64,000 nucleotides of DNA from an uncultured delta proteobacterium. GTDB taxonomy: Bacteria; Desulfobacterota; Binatia; UBA9968. A model generated the notes under the pieces. That model was not told the origin of the DNA. It saw only the letters and a list, made by a program, of their open reading frames with translations, and did not search any database. Both the position numbers and the translations under genes were made by a program. Below, one piece after another: positions 57,820-64,000 of the stretch; position 1 is the first letter of the stretch; the number at the start of each line of letters is the position of its first letter. The stretch lies in assembly GCA_963745835.1 (NCBI GenBank), contig CAVUZH010000008.1, forward strand, positions 92,835-156,834, read 5' to 3'.

Positions 57820-60800
57820 ATGCGCCTAAAACGCCTTGAGATGGTGGGCTTTAAATCGTTCGCCGATAAAACATTGGTGGAACTCAACCCCGGAATTACC
57901 GCGATTGTTGGTCCGAATGGCTGCGGGAAATCGAATATAGTCGACGCTTTGCGCTGGGCCATGGGCGAGCAAAGCGCGCGTCACCTGCGCGGCCAACAAA
58001 TGGAAGATGTGGTCTTCGCAGGCAGCGACAGCCTGTCCGCAACGGGAATGGCCGAAGTCTCGCTGACCTTCGACAATGAAGATGCGCGCGGCCCCGTTGA
58101 ATACAGCAGCTTCAGCGAAATTATGGTGACCCGGCGTCTCTTCCGCTCCGGGGAATCTGAATACGCAATCAACAAGACCCCATGCCGCCTTAAAGACGTT
58201 ACTGAACTATTTCTAGGCACCGGGGTCGGCAGCAAGGCATATTCAATCGTCGAGCAAGGCCGAGTCGATGAGCTAGTCAATTCAAAACCCGAAGAACGTA
58301 GAGTTCTGATCGAAGAGGCAGCCGGCACCAGTAAATACAAAAGCCGCAAGCTAGTAGCCGAGCGAAAACTCGAGCGCACACAACAGAACCTGTTTCGAGT
58401 TACTGACATCGTTCGGGAGATTGAACGACAGATCCGCACCATGGAGTTGCAGGCCAGGAAGGCAGAGCGCTACAAGGCTCTTAAAGCGGAACTTCGAGAA
58501 AAGGATCTGCTATGCGCAAGTCTGCATCGGCAGTCTCTGAACCAGGAAATCGCCACCCAGCAAGGCTATCTCGCTGATGCGGAGAATCGCCTGGCTGAAT
58601 ATTTGAACAGTTTGCACGGCAAAGAATCCGAGAGCGAAGCGGTCCGCTTTTCCCTGATGGAGCTGGAGAAAGAACTCAGTTTACAACAGGAGAATGTCTA
58701 CCAGGCAAAGATGCAGCTTCAATCGGAAGAGCAGCGCATCGACGTCTTCAAAAAGGATTTGTCGCAACTAAACGAGAATGAAGCCGAAACCCTGACCGCG
58801 TTAGCGCAGCTCGATGACAAGCTCAAAACGCTCGCCCGGGAGATCGAAGAACTCAACAAAGCCAAAGAAGGCTTCATCCAGTTGTCGCTTTTTGAGGAGA
58901 GTTTTTTGCGCGAAAACGAAGCCGAGCTGGAAAAACTCCAGGCCGAGATCCAGGCTCTGCAGTCTGACCTTGAGAGCGAAAAAGCGGCGCTCATCGACAT
59001 CGCCAACCATCTTGTTTATCTGAAGAATGATCTGACTGCTAAGGAACGGCGGCGCGATGAAACCGACCGCGCTCTGGAGCGAAGCCGGGAGGAGCACTCG
59101 GCCGCGGCCACCTCTTTGGAGCTAATCGAAAGCAAAAGAAATGAAGCCGAACGCGCTCTAGAGGCGTCTCTGGAACAATCCGGAGAGCGGAACGTTGAGT
59201 ATACCCAAGTCGTCGCCCTGATCCAAAGCCTAACCCGAAGCAAAGACGAGCAGGAAAAAAAGATCGAAACTCTCAAGGAACGGATTCAAGAAAGCCGCTC
59301 TCGGTTATTATCTCTCGAAGATTTACAAAAAAACTATGAAGGTTACCAAGAGGGCGTCCGGGCCATCATGTTAAAGCGGCAAGAGGAAGCCGCTGCCGAG
59401 GGCGTCTACGGTTTGGTAACCGAAGTGATTGAGGCTCCCGTTATCTACGAAAAAGCGTTAACTGCGGTTTTGGGAGACCGGCTGCAGTACATGATTGTTA
59501 AAGGCCATGACGAAGGCATCGAGGCCATTGAATTCCTAAAGGAAAAGGCCTCCGGGAGAGGCAGCTTTATTCCGGTCCAGATGACGCGCAAGTGTGATCG
59601 TCCGTTACCCGTGGGGGAGGCGGAGGTGGTCGCCCCATTGCTGGAATTAATCTCGGTCAAAGAAGGTTATCGAGATGTCGCCGAATATCTCCTATCAGAT
59701 GTCGTTGTTGTGCAGGATCTGAGATCCGGTTTGGCCTTATGGCATCGCAATGGTTATTACAGCACTCTGGTGACTCCCGAAGGAGAGGTCATCGACCCCA
59801 TGGGAGTGGTCACCGGAGGCAGCGAAGACTCGCTGGAAGGCAGCTTCTTAAGCCAGCGCCGGCGCATGAAAGAGCTTGGGCTTCTGCTTACTGAGCTTGA
59901 AAGTGAGATGCAAGTCGAAGAGCGGGAGCTCCTTGAACTTAAAACTAATCTACAACAAGCCGAAGCTAAAAAGACGCTCTTAGGGAGTGAAATTCATCGT
60001 CTCGAATTGGAGCGGGTGCGCAACGAGCACGAACATCGTTCGACTCAACAAGATTCGCAACGGCTCAGACAAACCATTGACGTGCTGCTTCAAGAGCAAC
60101 GTGATTTAAACGCGACCTTGGAAGATCTGATAGACGAAATCAAAGAAGATAATGCGGTTCGCGAAAAACGGGCGATTGAAAAGGCCGAACGGGAGGAGAA
60201 GCTCGCCGAAATCCAAGCTGGATTCCTGGAACGCAAGAAGTCATTGGAGTCCGTCGAAGCCGCGGTGACACAGTCGCGGATTCGCGCTGCCGCTTTAGGC
60301 GAAAAACGCGAAAATACTCATGTGAATCTTGATAACCGGATCAAGCTTCAGGAGGAAGCCGGCGAGCAAATTGGTAGCCGCCGCGGACAAATTGCCGATA
60401 TCGAGCGGCGAAGAGGCGAAATCCAAAATGCGCTTACGCAAATGGAAGAAACAGTGGCCTCGAGCCGCGCGACGGTGCAGCAGCTAGAGGAAAAGCTGCA
60501 GAACGAGCGCCAGAGATATCGAGAAATTTCGAAACAGCTGACGGAGATTGACGAGTTGATAAAAGAGCTGCGACCTCGCGCCGAAACGTGTCAGGAGGAA
60601 AAGAACCGGCTTCAGGTGACACTTACCGAGAAGCGGCTCAATCTGCAGCATCTTGCCGATGGCGTGCGCGATAAGTACGGCGTCGATCTCGGATCGGTAG
60701 AAGCCCCGGATGGCGGCGCGGCCGCGTCAAATGAGCTGATGATCGAAATCGAAGAGCTGCGCGCGCGCATCGAACGTATGGGCGACGTTAACATGGCGGC

Positions 60801-61371
60801 TATCGGGGAGTACGAAGAACTGACTACGCGCTTCCAGTTCATGAACCGGCAAAAAGAAGATCTGGAGAAATCGATCGCCGATCTTCAGCAAACAATTGTT
60901 AAGCTCAACCGTGTCTGTCGCGTTCGTTTCAAGGAGAGCTTCGAAGAGATCAACCAGAAGTTTCAATCGATTTTTCCGCGCATGTTCCGCGGCGGCAAAG
61001 CCAGGCTGGTGTTGACCGATGAAAATGACTATCTTGAAACAGGCGTGGACATCGTGGTTCAACCGCCCGGGAAAAAACTGCAATCGATCACACTGCTCTC
61101 CGGCGGTGAGAAAGCGTTGACGGCCGTCAGCTTGCTGTTTGCGATTTTTCTTACAAAACCAAGTCCATTTTGCTTCCTTGACGAAGTCGACGCTCCCCTC
61201 GACGACGCCAACGTTGATCGTTTTAATGAGCTGATTAAAGAAATGAGCGAATTTTCACAGTTTGTGCTGATCACACACAACAAAAAGACCATGCAAGCCG
61301 CCGAGGTTCTCTATGGGATTACCATGGCAGAGCCCGGGATATCTAAAGTGGTTTCAGTAAGGATGAGCTAA
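57820..61371 (+). CDS. smc: chromosome segregation protein SMC
   Basis: Walker A GPNGCGKSN, long coiled coils, hinge (...GLVTEVIEAP...GGS), signature LSGGEKALTAVSLLFA, Walker B FCFLDEVDAPLD. Confidence 0.95.
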   Translation: MRLKRLEMVGFKSFADKTLVELNPGITAIVGPNGCGKSNIVDALRWAMGEQSARHLRGQQMEDVVFAGSDSLSATGMAEVSLTFDNEDARGPVEYSSFSEIMVTRRLFRSGESEYAINKTPCRLKDVTELFLGTGVGSKAYSIVEQGRVDELVNSKPEERRVLIEEAAGTSKYKSRKLVAERKLERTQQNLFRVTDIVREIERQIRTMELQARKAERYKALKAELREKDLLCASLHRQSLNQEIATQQGYLADAENRLAEYLNSLHGKESESEAVRFSLMELEKELSLQQENVYQAKMQLQSEEQRIDVFKKDLSQLNENEAETLTALAQLDDKLKTLAREIEELNKAKEGFIQLSLFEESFLRENEAELEKLQAEIQALQSDLESEKAALIDIANHLVYLKNDLTAKERRRDETDRALERSREEHSAAATSLELIESKRNEAERALEASLEQSGERNVEYTQVVALIQSLTRSKDEQEKKIETLKERIQESRSRLLSLEDLQKNYEGYQEGVRAIMLKRQEEAAAEGVYGLVTEVIEAPVIYEKALTAVLGDRLQYMIVKGHDEGIEAIEFLKEKASGRGSFIPVQMTRKCDRPLPVGEAEVVAPLLELISVKEGYRDVAEYLLSDVVVVQDLRSGLALWHRNGYYSTLVTPEGEVIDPMGVVTGGSEDSLEGSFLSQRRRMKELGLLLTELESEMQVEERELLELKTNLQQAEAKKTLLGSEIHRLELERVRNEHEHRSTQQDSQRLRQTIDVLLQEQRDLNATLEDLIDEIKEDNAVREKRAIEKAEREEKLAEIQAGFLERKKSLESVEAAVTQSRIRAAALGEKRENTHVNLDNRIKLQEEAGEQIGSRRGQIADIERRRGEIQNALTQMEETVASSRATVQQLEEKLQNERQRYREISKQLTEIDELIKELRPRAETCQEEKNRLQVTLTEKRLNLQHLADGVRDKYGVDLGSVEAPDGGAAASNELMIEIEELRARIERMGDVNMAAIGEYEELTTRFQFMNRQKEDLEKSIADLQQTIVKLNRVCRVRFKESFEEINQKFQSIFPRMFRGGKARLVLTDENDYLETGVDIVVQPPGKKLQSITLLSGGEKALTAVSLLFAIFLTKPSPFCFLDEVDAPLDDANVDRFNELIKEMSEFSQFVLITHNKKTMQAAEVLYGITMAEPGISKVVSVRMS

Positions 61372-61442
61372 CAGCGAACTCTGCGCGTCACCGGCATCGA
61401 CTGCTGTCCTCTCCCCCTCGCAAGCGCCCCAAGGATTCAGAA

Positions 61443-62367
61443 GTGGCAGGTTCTTTCTTTCAACGATTAAAGGACGGACTTACCAAGAGCCGGGAAACCT
61501 GGGTCCAAAAAATAGGATTCATCTTTCAGAATCGGGAATGGGATGAGCAATCGCTCGAGGAGATGGAAGAGAATCTGCTTACTGCTGATCTTGGGGTTAA
61601 AGCAACGCAGAAGTTGATGGAGACGTTGCGAGGGCTGACCCCTAGCGGCAGCGAGGATCTGGCGCGGGACATGTCATCACAATTGCAGCAGGCCATGGTA
61701 AAGCTGCTGCAAGACTCTGCCGCAGCATCACGAGTGGAAGCATTGTCTGTGCGGCCTTGGGTGGTGCTGTTTCTCGGGGTCAATGGCGTGGGCAAAACCA
61801 CCACCATCGGAAAGCTCGCTGCTCAATACAAGGCCGACGGCAAGAAGGTTCTCCTAGTCGCGGGCGACACGTTTCGCGCGGCGGCCGTCGAACAACTCGA
61901 AGCCTGGGGCCGCCGAGCCGGTGCGGAGATTGATTAAACACCGAGCCGGTGCCGATCCGTCCGCGGTCGTCTACGATGGGATGCAGGCTGCAAAGAGCAG
62001 AGGTATCGACGTACTCCTCATCGATACCGCCGGCCGTCTTCATACCAAGGTGCATCTGGTGGAGGAATTAAAAAAGATTCGGCGGGTGATCGCACGCGAA
62101 CAGCCGGGGGCGCCGCATGAAACACTCCTGGTGCTCGATGCTACCACCGGCCAAAATGGTCTCCAGCAGGCGAAAATCTTCAAAGAAGCCACGGACATTG
62201 ACGGCATTGTTTTGACCAAACTGGACGGAACGGCCAAAGGCGGAGTCATCATTAGCATTCAGGAGGAGCTTGGGGTTTCGGTGCGCTACATCGGGGTAGG
62301 CGAAGACGTGGAAGACCTGCAGCCATTTGAGGCTGAGCGCTTCGTCGAGGCGCTCTTCGAGAGATAA
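61443..62367 (+). CDS. ftsY: signal recognition particle receptor FtsY with one apparent frameshift near 61925
   Basis: GVNGVGKTTTIGKLA occurs in ORF 61443..61937. DTAGRLH and TKLDGTAKGG occur in ORF 61921..62367. The junction reads ...WGRRAGAE | (L)IKHRAGADPSAVVYDG. Confidence 0.85.
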
Positions 62368-62396
62368 AGCACGCGTTGGCTGAGTGGTTGTCGACT

Positions 62397-62425
62397 TGAC
62401 ATCAGGCGAGGTCGTCGTTACGATT
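62397..62425 (+). promoter_or_regulatory. candidate sigma70-type promoter (TTGACA-17 nt-TACGAT)
   Basis: Read directly from the sequence, ~25 nt upstream of the erpA-like start. Confidence 0.3.
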
Positions 62426-62449
62426 TAGGCTCTGGGTTTTGAGGCTAAA

Positions 62450-62800
62450 ATGACGCAAACCATGGAAAGCGCGATTGATCTTAAGCTAACTGCCAAAGCT
62501 GTTGAGCAAGTAAAATCATTGCTTGCTCGTAGCGAATATATCGATCACGCATTGAGAATTTCGGTTTCTGATGGAGGTTGTTCCGGCTTTTCCTACCAGC
62601 TCAATTTTGAGAAACAACCAAAACCAAGCGACATCACTTTAGATTGCGCAAGCCTAACTGTTTACGTTGATCCTGAAAGTATCCCCTTCCTCCAAGGCAC
62701 AGTTATAGACTTCGTCTCAGGACTCTATGGGGGCGGCTTTAAATTCGCCAACCCCAACGCAACCGGCACCTGCGGCTGCGGCACATCGTTTTCCGCGTGA
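62450..62800 (+). CDS. erpA: HesB/IscA/ErpA-family iron-sulfur cluster insertion protein
   Basis: GGCSGFSY and C-terminal CGCGTSFS motifs. Confidence 0.85.
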   Translation: MTQTMESAIDLKLTAKAVEQVKSLLARSEYIDHALRISVSDGGCSGFSYQLNFEKQPKPSDITLDCASLTVYVDPESIPFLQGTVIDFVSGLYGGGFKFANPNATGTCGCGTSFSA

Positions 62801-63226
62801 CATAAGCGTTCGGCGAAGGCCCGATTCCAGCGACACTGCTATCAAACTCGGCCGTTGCTTTAATCATTCAGATATCTCCTAACGGACAAGAAGCTGTTCG
62901 AGGGTTTGTGAAAGCAGTCTAGTTCTACGCCCATGGCATCATGGACCAGCTTTGCTAAAAAGCCAATGGCGACCGCGATACTATGAGCGAGCCGTTATGC
63001 TAGATCTCCGCTCCTCTTCGTTAAAACCCAACGGTGTCTAGCTGCAGCGAATTCTTTAAGATTAGCCTTGCGCATGGTATTCGGCCGCGGTTCGCGCCAG
63101 GACAATGGTTGCCCGGCCCTTCGTGTTACAAACTTTGCCGTTCGCTTTGGCAAAATCATTCTTGTGCATGGAGATAAGTCACACGATGGCAAAGATAGAT
63201 CGCCGAGAGAGAAGCGCTGATCCAGG

Positions 63227-63781
63227 ATGCGAGTCATAGGCGGAAACGCAAGAGGGAGGCGTCTGAAAGTACCGAAAGGACAAGCCGTGCGTCCAACATC
63301 GGACCGGGTGAAGGAATCGTTGTTTAATATCCTGCCCCACGATCTCTCCGGCATCAAGCTTTTGGATCTCTTCTCGGGTACGGGAAACGTCAGCATCGAA
63401 GCCATCAGCCGCGGAGCTGCGGAAGCAATATTGATAGACTCGTCGGACAAATCTGGTAAGGTGATCCGCGAGAATCTCCGCAGATTAGGTTTCGCGGATC
63501 GTGCTAGTGTTCGGATTGCGCCGGTCTCCCGAGCCCTACGCTTGCTGGCACGGCGCGGGGAATCCTTTGATATGATTTTTCTCGACCCGCCCTACCAACG
63601 GAACTGGGTTCGAGCCTCCCTAGAGGCGATCGCGCGCGGAAACCTGTTGCGGGCCTCCGGAACATTGGTGGTGGAACACAGTGCCCGCGAACAACCCGGC
63701 GCGGAATATGGCTCGCTGATTTTGAAAGATCAGCGAAACTACGGCGACACTTGGCTCTCCTTCTTTGAACATAAAGCGTGA
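63227..63781 (+). CDS. rsmD: 16S rRNA (guanine966-N2)-methyltransferase RsmD
   Basis: MRVIGGNARGRRLKVPKG, PTSDRVKESLFN, LDLFSGTGNVSIEA, FLDPPY. Confidence 0.85.
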   Translation: MRVIGGNARGRRLKVPKGQAVRPTSDRVKESLFNILPHDLSGIKLLDLFSGTGNVSIEAISRGAAEAILIDSSDKSGKVIRENLRRLGFADRASVRIAPVSRALRLLARRGESFDMIFLDPPYQRNWVRASLEAIARGNLLRASGTLVVEHSAREQPGAEYGSLILKDQRNYGDTWLSFFEHKA

Positions 63782-63808
63782 AGGATCTCAGCTGATGGGG
63801 ACACCTAG

Positions 63809-64000
<192 letters not shown>

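Noticed and set aside
62801-63226. Small minus-strand ORFs in the 425-nt erpA-rsmD gap (for example a 35-aa MHKNDFAKANGK... ORF) and the 151-aa ORF 62995..63450
   Set aside because: They have no ribosome-binding sites or motifs. The 151-aa ORF overlaps the rsmD start antisense. The evidence is insufficient to call them.

Overview
This is a mid-GC bacterial chromosomal window. By eye I recognised no rRNA, tRNA, CRISPR array, integrase or transposase. Left part (1-14.4 kb): sufB 3' end, a Crp/Fnr regulator, a PAS histidine kinase, a ~1000-aa CheB-CheR-PAS fusion, a second small kinase, a membrane desaturase, an MFS transporter, a YihY-family protein and an AroG-type DAHP synthase. The region from ~13.9 to ~33.4 kb is structurally unusual. 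The last ~450 nt of aroG recur at 21.4 kb. A ~375-nt block recurs at 33.06 kb; it holds the 3' end of a 1038-aa gene plus the 3' end of an mgtC-like gene. The two repeat families meet at a fusion junction near 21420. The first repeat interval holds an intact three-gene operon for large secreted proteins: a beta-helix/Ig-PKD protein, a small CarboxypepD_reg-like protein, and a protein with a phospholipase-C-like N-terminus. The second interval is mostly gene fragments (SBPs, ornithine-cyclodeaminase-like, Rieske oxygenase, a DNA ligase split by a methyltransferase gene) plus an AT-rich stretch of orphan small ORFs. Right part (34-64 kb) is transport and housekeeping: mgtC, an S9 peptidase, a DUF2235 lipase-like protein, an alpha-hydroxy-acid dehydrogenase, a Dpp/Opp-type ABC operon, hydrolases, VOC proteins, tandem MFS paralogs, an Fe3+-type ABC operon, a nitroreductase, rng, an HNH protein, smc, ftsY, erpA, rsmD and coaD. 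Intergenic DNA carries two families of periodic palindromic repeats, one built on a 9-bp GTTCCA unit and one on a 22-24-bp CGTGTTCGTG unit. One of them flanks a four-helix-bundle (23S-IVS/Avd-like) gene. There is also a 125-bp palindromic element. About 15 apparent frameshifts occur, including one in ftsY, which is normally essential. Pseudogene calls therefore cannot be separated from assembly indels without reads. All coordinates of repeats and frameshifts are hand-derived and approximate.
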